Positions 15,888-30,268 of a stretch of 64,000 nucleotides of DNA are shown here, one piece after another; within the stretch, counting starts at the first letter, position 1, and each line of letters opens with the position of its first letter. The notes under the pieces were generated by a model. The model saw nothing but the letters and a program-made list of their open reading frames with translations. It was not told the origin of the DNA and searched no databases. The position numbers and the translations under genes were made by a program. Source of the stretch: the human T2T-CHM13v2.0 reference genome, Homo sapiens. Where the stretch lies: the NCBI RefSeq assembly GCF_009914755.1, contig NC_060925.1; one strand, given 5' to 3'.

Positions 15888-17549
15888 TGAAAAGCAGAAG
15901 TAGAGAAGTTATCTTAAGTTGATATAACAGTATGAGCAAAATATGGATGCAAAATCAGTGCTATTGTGATGGCAAGAATGAGACAGTTTGAGAAAATATC
16001 GTGTTGAGAAGTAGGTTTGTGTAAAATAGAGATAGGAAGATATGATCACTTCATGAAAGGCTTTGAATATGAAGCTGACCAATTGAGATGTGTTAGGAAG
16101 GGTAGCCATTTTAGTTTTTTTGTCAGAAGTGACATGGTTAGATAGCAGAGTTGCAGGAAAATTAGTCTAATGGTAGTAGGTTAAGTTATTGTAGCAATCC
16201 AGATGTGAGTTAATGAGGGATAGGACTAGGGTGATGTCGATCAGAAAGGCAAAAGGAGAGACACTGAAAACAGCAAACCACAAAAACTCTGGCAAACCAG
16301 TTCACTTTTAGATATCTCACATTTTGGTGTGCCAAGGTTCCCAGCCCCCATACTCCCTTCAAAAATAAAGTCCTTTCCATTTTAGTCTTTGGTTATTAGT
16401 GTGTGAAAACTCTGCCTAAATCCTGAACTTTCTACTCTGATTTGTCAGAGGAACAGTTCTTTCAGTTTTAATTTTTGTCTTTAGATTTTTTGGTTGGTGT
16501 TTTTTTTTTTTCTTCCCCTAGGCTCATCTGTATAGGACTGTGAGCCCAGAAGGAAAGTTGGGAAATAATTTGTCAGTATTCTTTGGCATTTACAAGATGT
16601 TCCTATAGTCTCATTATAACATGGTTTCCTGACATTTTGTTATGGTTGTTGTTGATAGTGCTTTTTGGAAAACAACATCTATATCTTTTTTTCTTTTTTA
16701 AAAAGTGCTTATATCTTTTAAGTTTTATGTTACTTTGAGATATTACTGTAAGTTCTTTTGTTCATAGATTATGAAAAATGTCAAAAGGAATTCTAATCAG
16801 AAATCAGTTTTGCTCTGTGAATTTGTACATTGAAATTTAAATGATTCTAGTTAATACATTCTGTCTCTTATTTTCATTTAATGTTGAGGTGAATACACAC
16901 ATGTAAGGCCATATAAGAAGAGAATAACTAATGAGTGCCTATTCTGTCCAGTCTTGGGCTTCACAGACATCATTTATATTGAATGCTCATAATACCTGAT
17001 AAAGTAAATATTAATAATCTAGTAAGGCAATTAAGACTTTGGGCAATTAAATTCTCACTGTACGTCATTGGGACATGGCAGAGAAGGAAGCCTATGTCTT
17101 TTTCTGACTATAGTGCCAGTTGACTCTGCACGTTTGCATACAGCAGTTCTCAGATCTTCTTAGTAACAGAATCCTTTATCCCATGAAATCAGACTCCCAA
17201 TATATAAAACAGGTAAGAATAGTGTTCAGTTATATACGTTTATTGTATTTGGTACGTTAAATTTAAGGTGGAAATCTATGTTTCAATCTTCACTTGGTTT
17301 CATCTTAAAACTTATTTCTATATATTTTGTTTGCAAAATTAAAAAAGTTCAAAGTTTCAAAGATACGAAGATTCTAATAGCTTTTTTGCTGCATCAATAC
17401 TATTTTCTTGTCAGAACATGATAAAAATTACAATGTGGAACTTTAATAGCTTTTTAAATAGTTTGTCTTGTAGTTTCAGGGCAGCATTTGATTATATGGG
17501 TGCAGAAAACTTGAGAAATAGGAGGAAATTTTGTTTTAAAGTTGTATTA

Positions 17550-18108
<559 letters not shown>

Positions 18109-19334
18109 GTAGTATTACTAATCATATTTAGTGACATCCACAGTAGTTATCAGTTAAGTACATTTTGAGGGCAGGAAGGGAGTTAGTGAATGCCTCCACA
18201 TCCAATATTAAATTCATTGTTTGGCAGAAAAACAGTTTTTGAATGTACCTTGTAATATTTTAAGATGTTACTTTGAACAGTCAAAAAAGGCTGTCAGCTT
18301 TTTACTCAAAGTTCCAGAATAGTCAAATTTCTTTTGTTTTACATGTTGAGTCTAAATGAACACTTTTCTGCAGTCCTTAGTGTAGTAAGATGGGAGCTTG
18401 TTCAGCAAGATAGGCAAGTTCATGCATATGAGTTTTATTTCAGAGCTAAGTAATTGACATAATTTATCAACCAAAGTGATTTATTTTTAAAACACCTCAT
18501 TAGAAATACTCAGATCTGCACATTGCCACAAAGCAAATGAAAATAAGTTAGAAGTTGGAGTTGTAATGTATTGGGTATACATACCCTGGTAGTGAGAACT
18601 TCCAAGGTACCTTAGTGAAAATGACAGCCTAAATGGCGTTGTCTGTTACTATTTGGAAGATGCTGACATCTGATGTTTCTAACTGACCACTAGAACATGT
18701 GTCAGCAGTTGCTTTTGTAGGGGCCATGCTATTCTCCTGCTCTCTCCTATCATTGCTTTAAACAGTACACTGTAATGTCTTATAAATCTTCCATGTATTT
18801 TTTCTGCAGAAACAAAAACAAACACAGGAAGACAGAGACACATCTGTCTCATCAATTCCATTTGAATCATTATAAAGAGTTTAGTCAAATTCATACATCG
18901 GATGAACTTATCAAATACAGAGGGTGCTTTTGCTTGAAATCTTCCCCAGGTGGTTTTGTGAGGATAATGCTCTTAATTTTATTAATTTTATTTTTGTAAT
19001 ACCTTGCTCATCCATCGTAATTGATACGGATCCCTCCATTGCCTTTGGATAATGTTTACCTCGCACGTAGTTCATTCTGTGTTATGATAATTTACTTTGA
19101 ATGACAAATTACTTAAATTTTTATTGACAGGCTTTAAGTATAAAAAAGACCTGAAATTTGAAATCTGTATTAGGTATTGTGAAGCAAAGTGGGTAAACTT
19201 TATTATTGTAGAATTGACTCTTAAACTATGGCCAAGTACAGGCACCAGCCAGGCAGATGTGTTTAGGCTTTCTCTGGCATTGGAGCATGGTACAGGGCAG
19301 TAATGATGTAAGTGCTTCTATATATATGTATATA

Positions 19335-20402
19335 TAGTCATGCATTACTTAACAATGGAGTACGTTCTGAGAAATGCTCGTTAGGTGATTTTGTCATTGT
19401 GTGAATGTCATAGGGTGAACTTAGACAAACTTCGATGGTATGGGCCTACTACATACCTAGGCCATACGGGATGGCCTATTGGTCCTAGGCTATAAACCTG
19501 TATAGCATGTGACTGTATTGAATACTGGAGGCCATTGTAACACATTGGTAAGTATAGTAAGTCCTTACTTACTGGCTTCAATATGCTTCTGGTCACAAAA
19601 ACATAACCAAACATAAACACTTCTAAAACTAAACTTTGAAATAAGCATGAGTTATATGTATATTTTTAAAAGATTAATAAAAACAAGTAAGACAATTTTT
19701 ACCCAATTTTTGGTGAATCAATGAGTAACAGTGGCCGTAGTGGTGTTGGGTTAAATCAAGGAATGAAGTTTGTAAAGCAAAAATTGTAAGGGGCACCTCC
19801 TGTTACCATATAATTAAAAAACAAACCAAAAAACCAAAACAAAATAACAAATATGGCAGGTCACCACATACTTTTGTACTGTATCGTTCATTATGATACA
19901 TTTATATGATTACTGTTTATTCAATGAATTTGTAGTTGACAATAATTTGTATTCATTTTCTGACTTATTCTAGTTTAGGGTCATATGTGGCTGGAGCCTA
20001 TCCCAGCAGCTCAGGAACCAACTTTGCTAGGATGCCATTCCACTGCAGGGTGCACTCACACACACCCACGCTCACTCAGACTGGAACCATCTAGACATGC
20101 CAGTTAACCTAAAGTGCACATATTTGGGATGTGCACATGGGGAAAATGTGCAAACTCCACAAAGACAGTGGCCCTGGCTGGGAACTGATTTTTTTTTTTC
20201 TTATCAGCATTATAACTGAACAGTGTTGAATGAAACAATGTTGAACAAAATGACACTACTTAAGGACCTGCTGTATTTGTGTATCTAAACATGCCAAAAG
20301 ATAGGAAAAGGTACGGTAAAAATACGGTACTATAATTTATAGGAACACCATCTTATATGTGGTTCGTCTTTGACTGAAACATTGTTATGCAGTGCATGAC
20401 TG
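19335..20402 (-). mobile_element. Tigger3a (MER7A) split by MER6
   Basis: TIRs tagtcatgca / tgcatgactg flanked by TA; halves 19335-19554 and 20274-20402 rejoin as ggtaagta|tttgtgtatctaaaca. Confidence 0.85.
19555..20273 (-). mobile_element. MER6-type TcMar-Tigger element
   Basis: TIRs tagtaagtcctta / taaggacctgctg; TA duplication at 19553-19554 and 20274-20275; tgcaaactccacaaagacagtggccc motif. Confidence 0.8.
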
Positions 20403-20409
20403 TATGTAT

Positions 20410-20816
20410 AGCGAGGGAGACAGAGACTGTATATATATAGAAAGAGATTTAAGTAATTGACTTATGTGATTGTAGGGGCTGGCAAGTCCAAAATCTGTGG
20501 GGCAGGCCAGCAGGCTGCAAATTTGGATAAGAATTGATGTTGCAATCTTGAGTCCAAAAGCTGGAAACTCAACCAGAATTTCTAGGTTGCAGTTTGGAAG
20601 CAGAATTCCTTCTTCTGGAACTTAAGTCTGCTATTAAGGCCTATGACACATTGGATGAGGCCCACCCATATTATGGATTTGTTTTACTCAGAGCCTACTG
20701 ATTTAAATAGGTTAATCACATCTAAAAATGCTTTAAAAGCAATGGCTAGACTGGTGTTTGATCAAGCAGCTGGATACCGTAGCCTAGCCAAGATGACACA
20801 TGAGATTAATTGTCAC
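20410..20816 (-). mobile_element. ERVL MLT2 (C/D-like) LTR
   Basis: ggctggcaagtccaaaatctg, ggatgaggcccacccatatt, gcctagccaagatgacacat motifs. Confidence 0.8.
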
Positions 20817-20934
20817 GTGTATATTTTTGATTATAATTTTTGAAACATTAATATTTTAAAATTAAGTTTGATTCAGTGTGAATATGTCTTTGGAAGTCTG
20901 GAGCTCTGAGAAGAATGACAAGTAGTTGTTTACT

Positions 20935-21200
20935 TTGAGAGGCAAATGGTATTGAAAGAGCCAGTGATTTGCAGCTGGGTGATTTGGGTTCAAATAAATT
21001 CCAGCTATGCCATTTACAGTTTGTGTGACTTTGGTCAGGTTTCTTGAACTTGAGTCTCAATTTCCATGTTAATAAAATAAGGTATTACTTTATCAAGCTA
21101 CTTTAATAAGCGAGAGAATGCTTGTAAAACTCCCACTGAAGTGACTGGCATATAGTGGCATTTAATACATGATAACGCATTATTGTCATAGTGATTATCA
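20935..21200 (+). mobile_element. MIR
   Basis: tgggttcaaat..ccagctatgccatttacagtttgtgtgactttgg. Confidence 0.7.
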
Positions 21201-21447
21201 TTATAAGCTTAGGTTTATATTACAAAGTTTTTTATTTCCCTTTATATCTTTTAAACTATATCCTTTTACCAAGTGTACTGTACTTTCTGTAGTTTGTGGG
21301 AAAAATTGAATCAAAATCTAGCATTCTCAACTTTAGAGTTCTTTTTTCTAAGAATGTTGTAATTGAACAACTAAAAGAGACAATTGACATTATGCCATCA
21401 GAGGGTTGGACGAAGGTTAACTGAGGTATCCTGAAAAGCATCTGCCA

Positions 21448-22119
21448 TGCTGGAGAGGATGTGGGGAAATAGGAATGCTTTTACACTGTTGATGGGAGTG
21501 TAAATTAGTTCAACCATTGTGGAAGACAGTGTGGTGATTCCTCAAGGATCTAGAACCAGAAATACCATTTGACTCAGCAATCCCATTACTGGGTATATAC
21601 CCAAAGGATTATAAATCATTCTACTATAAAGACACATGCACACATACGTTTATTGCAGCACTGTTCACAATAGCAAGGACTTGGAACCAACCCAAATGTC
21701 CGTCAGTGATAGACTGGATAAAGGAAATGTGGCACATAAACACCATGGAATACTATGCAGCCATAAAAAAGGATGAGTTCATGTCATTTGCAGGGACATG
21801 GATGAAGCTGGAAAGCATCATTCTCAGCAAACTAACACAGGAACAGAAAACCAAACACTGCATGTTCTCACTCATAAGTGGGAGTTGAACAATGAGAACA
21901 CATGGACACAGGGAGGGGAACATCACATACTGGGGCCTTTCAGGGGGTTGGGGGCTAGGGAAGGGATAGCATTAGGAGAAATACCTAATGTAGATGACAG
22001 GTTGATGGGTTAATGGGTGCAGCAAACCACCATGCACATGTTGTGTACCTATGTAACGAACCTGCACATTCTGCACATGTATCTGAGAACTTAAAGTATA
22101 ATTTAAAAAAAAATGTAAA
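21448..22119 (+). mobile_element. 5'-truncated L1PA (PA6-8-like): ORF2 C-terminus and 3' UTR
   Basis: ORF fragment WIKEMWHINTMEYYAAIKKDEFMSFAGTWMKLE; perfect 15-bp TSD gaaaagcatctgcca (21433-21447, 22120-22134). Confidence 0.95.
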
Positions 22120-22597
22120 GAAAAGCATCTGCCACAGAGCTTGGGCCAATAAGTTTGGTTTATTGTGTTTTAGTCATTGGTATGTAGCTTTTCTGAAGTT
22201 ATGCATTGCAGTTAATTACATTCTAAGAGTGCATTATAAGGTTAATTTCTTGTTTTGATACCAGGGTTTGTTAAAATGGAACAATATTTTCTAGAAAAGC
22301 TTTAAAGTAGTCATATTCTTACAGATTTTAAATCTAGGACTTTGTCTAACTATTGATGATTTATTGAGTAGCTCTGGGATTTTTTTCAGAAATTAAAAAA
22401 AATCTTTCATCTGTACAATTTTTCAGTTTTGTTTAGAATTCTTTTTTTGTCATTGCATTTTTAAAGCACTCATTTTAATTTAATAAAACGATGAGTGTGT
22501 CTCCTAAAGTTGACCACACAACTGCAAATTGTATTTTTTGCATTTCTTTGTTGGCAGTAGTAGTTTCCTATTGGCTGTTCTGTACTTATATATATAG

Positions 22598-22927
<330 letters not shown>

Positions 22928-23798
22928 ACTTGTCAATATATTTAAAAATTTTTTTATTTTTGGCTTGTCAGTATTGACCTTAATATTTGTAGTATTGGGA
23001 GTATCATGATAGCAGAAAGGACTTTGGAAAATCTATTATTAGAGGGCTTCACATGGGTGCTTCTGTAATAAAATGAATGGTGAAAAGAGACTTGACCATT
23101 TATAGTTGTTGGCTTCGGATAAATCTCCCAGAAAATAAGTGGATTGGAGTCCATTAACCCAAGCTTCCCAAAGCATAATGGGAGTTGAGCTTAGGGCCTG
23201 TTTCCTAGTGAGTGACCTACTGAGGCTTAGGGGCTAGATCAAAAGGATCTGGTAGTACTGAGTTTCTTAGTACCAAATTGAAAATGGATTTCTTTTTTTT
23301 AAAAAAGGCCTTTGTTACAATCTTATTGCCTGAGATGATGTAACATGTTAATGGGTTATCCATTTTGTATTGTTTTTTTTTTGTGTGTGTATGTGTGTGT
23401 GTAAAGAATACACACAATCTCAATGCTGAAATGAATTTGAAATGTAAACTAATTATTTTCAAGTGCATAGGATATTACAGTCTAAGGTAAGAAACAGTAA
23501 GCTAGTACTCATTTGTTGTGCTAAGCAAATTACTAATTATTTAGGTGAGCATGAAGAAGAAAACCAAACCAGAAAGGTTTAGGGATATTAATGTTCTTCA
23601 AATTAGTTAAGAAAGTTAGCAGCAGCCACTGAATGAGGACCTACTATGTGTAAGCATATTTTATGCTCATTTTCCTCACAAGAACTCTATGAAGTAGATA
23701 TCAAATTATTGCAGGTCTCTAATTGCATATCCAGCACTCAAGGCAAGAGGTGTTTCACAATTCATGACTTTTTTAGGTTTTTAGAAAAGTGACACATG

Positions 23799-24121
<323 letters not shown>

Positions 24122-24122
24122 T

Positions 24123-24182
24123 CAGTGGTCCCCAACCTTTTTGGCACCAGGGACTTGTTTTGTGGGAGACAGTTTTCCACTG
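24123..24182 (-). mobile_element. Isolated MER1 terminal fragment
   Basis: cagtggtccccaacctttttggcaccagggac, the reverse complement of the MER1A end at 28200-28231. Confidence 0.8.
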
Positions 24183-24450
24183 TTGAATTCTGCCTGGAGT
24201 ATATGTTTTAAAATTCAATATGTAACTTCATATTACAGACTCTCTACTGTACCTGCTATATTGTGTATTACAACAACATCTGAACTCAGTGAATGGTTTT
24301 AGGTTCATTGTCAGGACTCTGGGTCCATTTATATGGCATATAAGCATTTTAACTTGTTTCTTGCCATATTTTCAAAACAGCCTTGTGTATGTCTGGGAAC
24401 AATAAATAGGGAGTTTCATTATCACTGTTGTGCTAATGCATGTTTAAAGT

Positions 24451-24528
24451 TAGACAGATGAGTAGCTGTTCATCAATATATGTAAAACCTAGAGAAATGA
24501 TTAGCTATTCATCAATATATGTAAAACT
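24451..24528. repeat. Two-copy 39-bp tandem duplication
   Basis: 34/39 identical; core ttcatcaatatatgtaaaac. Confidence 0.9.
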
Positions 24529-26596
24529 TAATTATTAAAAAAATGTAATGTCCTATGTCTGTGCACTGGGAGATCCAGGAAAGGTAAAAGTTAAGTCATT
24601 ATCCTCAAGGAGATTACAGTCTAGTTGGAGGTGTATATTATACTATTTATTCTGTTGTTTCAGTGGGATTTGTTGTGGGAGAGAAAGGTAAGTTAAACAG
24701 AAAGCCTGAAGAGAGGTCTGGGTGTCCAGTGTGTCAGGGAATGCCTCCTTCTTGTAGCATCCAACCAGATTGTTTTGGGAGTTAGAAATGTAATGCAGTC
24801 AGTCCCCCAACTTAAAGAAATACAGCCCAGACCATCTGGTATGTCACAGTTGTGTGGTAACAGCAGTAAGGAGCATCGGCTGAGTCTGAGGGGAGAGCTG
24901 GGTGCTCCTTGCACCTCCCTGGCCCTGGCAGGTCTCTTTGCTGATCTTGTGCTGCTTTCTGAGGAGCCTGTTTTTAGAATGCTTCTCCAGGTAGCCAGCA
25001 CCAGTGGACCATCATTGAAGTAGGAGTGGGTGTTGAAAGAGATAGGGAGGGCATTCCAGGTAGATAGTGTGGACAAAGGCACCAAGCCTGAAAAAAGAAT
25101 GGCCCGGTTGAATAATTTTAAGTAGTTTGAGATGGCACAGTGCCCGGCACACAGTCTCTTCATAAATGATTACTCAAAGATTGAGTGAGTGGACAGATGA
25201 ATGAATGGGCTAGATTGTGGCATGTGCGTGGAATTAGGTAAGAGATTCTTAGACTTGATCATAATTGCCTAGTAAATCATTCTTCCATAGCCCTTTTATA
25301 AGGTAAATACCTAGTCATAAAGTTCAATCTGTGATTCACTAGTTATATTTGCAAATTATTTAGTCTCTGGGCCTGTTTCCTCACCTATAAACAAGGTAGT
25401 TAGGCTTGAGAACTCCTCTATTCCTTCCATCTTTAGAATAGCTATGATTTTAAGTAAAGGGACAGGGACCAACTAGTGCTTCTGTTGGGGGTTCAGAGCT
25501 GAACCTCTTCTGCTGTCCTGGCTCTTTAGGCATCTCTCTGGCCTGTCACAGAGGTTGGATGACTGGGATGCCTTGTGGATGCCCAGATGTTCCTGGGATA
25601 CTTCCAGTTTTGTGGGTGATGGTAATGTCTGTGTGTTCTTCCTTTGTCATCTGGGCCGTGATTTGAAGGATATACTACCATTTGTATTTAATGTCTAGGG
25701 TGGTGAGATAAGAGCTCCTATTAGATTTTTTAACTAGAAATGGAATAAATGCTGTATCTAGTTAATAATTAGGAAAACTTTACTCATATTTTTTATTTGG
25801 GGCTTAAGGAGAAAATAAACTTTAATTTAGGGATTTTTTTTTTCCTGCTTGAATTCAGTAGGGTCTTCCTCAAAATCTTAAATGGGAGTTCTCAGTTCCC
25901 CTTGTAATGTCAACCTCGGCAAATTTCTTCTGTTGATATGGAAAGAATTGTTGGACAGGTGGTAAGGGTAACTGAGCAGTGGGTAGGGATGAGTTCAAAG
26001 AAGAGAAATCCTACAGACGATGGTTGGTTGGATGATAAATATGAAGGATTGTGTGCTGATGTATTCCCTGTGGTGGTCTGCAAGAGTGTGTGGGAGACAT
26101 TTGTTCTCATTTCCTGTTTCATCACAGCCTGCCACCTGCTGTGTCGCTATACAAAGTAACATCACTTTTAAAGATTGCTGTTTAGGAAATCATGTTTTAT
26201 ATGTCAGGAAGCTGGGTTTTTTTTGTTTTTGTTTTTTTTTTTTTTTGAGTCCCATTAAAGACTGATCCAGGAAGCATCTCTCTATATGAAACTTGGTGTG
26301 TATGTGTGTGTTTGTGTGTGTGTTGACAACTTAGGAAATTGGTGATTGATGCAGAAAGGAAGACAATGAGTAACTTGGGATTGTGCCTGTATGGATGTTT
26401 TGTCTACACGTGGGTGGAGGAAAATACTTGATGCTGTGTTCTGTAGCTATTACCCTGTGGAGTTTCTCACTTGAAAATTGAAGCTGTGTCCAGATACAGC
26501 TGTAATTCAGAATAATAGCAAGCATAGTACTGTCTTTGTTTTTCTGGGCCCTGGGAAGACAAGTCTACAGCTCTTTGAGGTTCATGTGTGACTCTA

Positions 26597-27143
26597 CATT
26601 CCGGCCTCATTATTTGGAGGTTTGATATTTGCATGTTTGCCTGCTTGCTAAGCTTTGAAACCACAGAAATCAATCTTTATGGTAGTTTGTGGTCATTTGG
26701 GGACATCTGCAGAGCAGTGAAAAATTTGAGTCCCTGAAACACACACAGCTCAGCTGAAGTAAAAGGAGGTGATGTTCTGCCTTCTTGTTTCAGCTGTACT
26801 GCTGTAAATAAATATCACTTTCTTAGCCTATTTAATGCCGTATTTTCCCCATTTCTGTCCTTTTTATTGGTGATTTCACTGCCTAACATGACCCTCAAGC
26901 ATAGTGCTGAAGTGCCGTCTTAAGTTCCCAAACACAAGAAGGTGTGTGCCTTAGGGAGAAGGTGCATGTGATGGGTAAGCTTTGTTCAGGCAAAACACAT
27001 GGAAAACAAGGTTATATTCTGTCCAGTTGACGAAAATGTTGAGACCAGAGGTTTGCAGATGTCAACTTCTGAAACAATGATTCTGTATTCTCTAATGCAG
27101 TGTTATGTTATAGAAATACAAGTACCATGAGCAGTAAAAATTG
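26597..27143. mobile_element. MER82 (TcMar-Tigger)
   Basis: cctcattatt..gcagagcagtgaaaaatttgagtc..tctgccttcttgtttcagct..aagcatagtgctgaagtg; TA flanks. Confidence 0.75.
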
Positions 27144-27747
27144 TATTTAGAGTAGAAGCTAATTGGTCCTAGTCATGGTTCACATATCTGGGTGAACATG
27201 GGGAATTTTTATGCCTTGTGAAACATATTTTAAAAGTTACCTTTTGAAAATTAAAGGAACTGTTTGATTTGGAGCTAAGAACAAATAATAGCACATAGGT
27301 AGTTTGACTTTCTGAATTCTTTTAAGTCTGCTATTTGGAGGCACTGTTTGTCATAATGTGACCATAGTGAGCTTCTGAGTATGGATGAAATCTTGTTACA
27401 ACACATTCCAAAGACGATGAGGCATGGGGACATTTAATTCAAGTGTTCGTTGCAGGGTCTGCAGACAGCTCTTTGAATATCTTAAACTCCAAGGGTCCTG
27501 TCTGACTTATGTATCTGTCTGCTTCCTTAGAGGCCAGCTTCATAGAGAGCCCTCTTTCCTCAGATTTTCAACATTGTATTCCGTTTGCAAAGACCCTTCT
27601 TTATGGGTGTGGTCACTTCTAGAACGAATGCCTCAATTGAAGCTGGGAAATGGTGGAAGAGACTTTTTCCAAGTTGCTGTTACTGGGAGCTGTGAGAGAC
27701 TATTGAGGTGTGATTAATGAATGTCTTTTGGGTATTGCAGGTTAAAA

Positions 27748-28231
27748 CAGGGGTCCCCAACCCCTGGGCCACGAACCGGTACCAGTCTGTGGCCTGTTAG
27801 GAACTGGGCTGCACAGCAGGAGGGGAGCAGCAGGCAAGCGAGCGAAGCTTTATTTGTATTTATAGCCACTCCCCGTTGCTTGCCTTATGGCCTGAGCTCT
27901 GCCTTCTGTCAGGTCAGCTGCAGCATTAGATTCTCATAGGAGCATGAACCCTGTTGTGAAATGTGCATGTGAGGGATCTAGGTTGCGTGCTCTTTATGAG
28001 AATCTAATGCCTGATGATCTGTCACTGTCTCCCATTGCCCCCAGATGGGGCCGTCTAGTTGCAGGAAAACAAGCTCAGGGCTCCCACTGATTCTACATTA
28101 TGGTTAGTTGCATAATTATTTCATTATATATTACAAATGTAATAATAATAGAAATAAAGTGCACAATAAATGTAATGTGCTTGAATCATCCTGAAACCGG
28201 TTCCTGGTGCCAAAAAGGTTGGGGACTGCTG
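27748..28231 (+). mobile_element. MER1A (hAT-Charlie)
   Basis: TIRs caggggtccccaacc / ggttggggactgctg; degenerate 8-bp TSD ggttaaaa / gattaaag. Confidence 0.9.
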
Positions 28232-28339
28232 GATTAAAGGACAGAGTCAGCTGGACATCATTGTAACATCATTGCTTGGTGTTTTAGTAGCATTAAGACT
28301 TAAGTTTTGCTTTTTAAATTTACTTCTATATGTTGCTGG

Positions 28340-29130
28340 AGAGGATTTACTTCTGTCTCTGGTGATATTCAGCTAGGTTTTTTAGAATGGTCTGTCTGTG
28401 GGACAAGAAAAAAATCTCAGCTAACAAAATAGGTAGGGATTTCTGGATGTAAACCTAGGAGAAGTTAGGAACCACAGAAGTAAGCCTTAAATGCCTTTTC
28501 CAATCTGAAAGAAATAGCTATAAAAACAAAGGTTTTGGCAGGCTTATGGGGAGACAGAGTCAGAGTTCAGGGCCTTTCAAAGATATGTGGTCTGATAACC
28601 TCCCAAACCTTTGAGCTTGTTCTCTAAAAAGCTTTTATCATCTGTGTAAAGGGAAAACAGAAATACACCATTCTGTGAGTAGAGTTGGAGCCAGCTTTGC
28701 ATCACCTAGGTAACCCAGTGGGCACTCAAGCCTTGAACTTGTGTTAAGGTCAAGCCAGTTTGGTGTTACTCCCAGGTGTCTGGTATAAGCAAGTGAACAT
28801 TGTTTTGGAGCAAGATACTAGGCCTCAAAGTACTCATATATATGTGTATGTCTGTTTTAAAATACAGTGTCCAGCACATAGTCAAAGATGGTTAGGCACA
28901 TTAAAAAATAGGGCTATAAATGAAAGAAAACCTAGCAAAATAATAGACAAGAGAAGCAGATACCCAAATTTCAGGTATAGAAATTACAGCTGTGTTTAGT
29001 ATGCTTAACAGAAAAAAGGACAAGTTTGAAGATCAGGCCACTGGAAACAACAAAAAAGTGGCATAGATTACATAGATTAGAAAACAACCTTGTAATTCTG
29101 GAACTAAAAAAATCCATTGCTGGGTTTAAT
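28340..29130 (+). mobile_element. Ancient L1M 5'/ORF1-region relic
   Basis: A-rich degenerate ORF1-like phrases (aattctggaactaaaaaa, gggtttaa); weak. Confidence 0.4.
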
Positions 29131-30268
29131 TTGCAGGATTTACACATGTTGACCTATAATTTTTCTTACTCCTTTTTCCCTTATCTGATTTGGTATCAAA
29201 GTTATACTAGCTTCATAAAGTGAAATGGAAAATATTCTTTATTTTTCTGTTCTAAAAATATGAAATTATGCAATTATTCAAATGGAATACATAGTAACAT
29301 TAGTCATATGTATCTTTTACAGACTGACAGGTTAGTGCCACCAAGTATTCACAAGTTTCTGTTCATAGAGTATTTTTATACAAAAAAACAGTGAATTTAA
29401 TAGCACTTTTTATTCTCTTGAGTTTTAGGGACGTACAACTCAGGAAATGCTGAGTATTTGGAATCTAAGAGTGACATGTGCATGTGTAAAATAAGTGCTG
29501 TTATCTAAAAAATACATCATAAAAGTTTACCGTACAGTGTGTGCACCCTTGGACATGAATAGAAGACAAAAGCAATAAAGCCACTTAGTAGTGGTTTACT
29601 AAGTGTTCTGCCACTCTTGACAGGGTCCTGGTCTAAAGCTGGCACTGTCAGCATGTGAAAGGCTGCAGTCTGTAAGGACCTGGGGAAGAGAAGACATTTT
29701 CTGTATGAACATAATTGTACAGTAATATTGAGCCTGAGTTGCAGGTTTTATAAAGGAAGAGGAGGCTAAGTACTTACTGAAGGAAGAGCTAGACCTTTTC
29801 TCTTTATTCTATTATGGGAGATTTTTGACATTTTATGAGTTAGAAAAAGTTATCTTTTTCATTCTGATCTGTTAGTTTTATACCTTTAATCCCCAATCTT
29901 ACTGTGAATTACTGGAGTCTATTTTTAAAATCTTGGAAATTTTTTATTTAGTGCTGCAAAAAAGAAAAATGAAACTTTACCTGAATACTAGGTAACTGAA
30001 TAGACATAACGGAAACCTCTTCCATTTATCTACCTTGGGTGTATATATTGGCCTTCATCTCATTTAGTTTTTATTTCCTCCCAAATTCAGACACAACCTC
30101 AATCCCACTTAAGACTAAAAGAATTATACTGAAACAAGATTTGCCCACTGCTTATATTTTTCTTGTCTAACGGAAAGTATTTTCCAAGATAGATTATTAA
30201 AATTATAGATACATTTGAGCAAGAATGAAAAAGAAAAGGGTTACCTCAGAGTTCTGTCTGATGTGGGC

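Noticed and set aside
21706-21888. ORF with real L1 ORF2 C-terminal homology
   Set aside because: Part of a 0.67-kb 5'-truncated dead L1PA with no promoter, EN or RT
24693-25163. 156-aa minus-strand ORF
   Set aside because: No recognisable domain, splice context or poly(A)/TSD; partly overlaps L2-like decay; consistent with chance in a GC-richer patch
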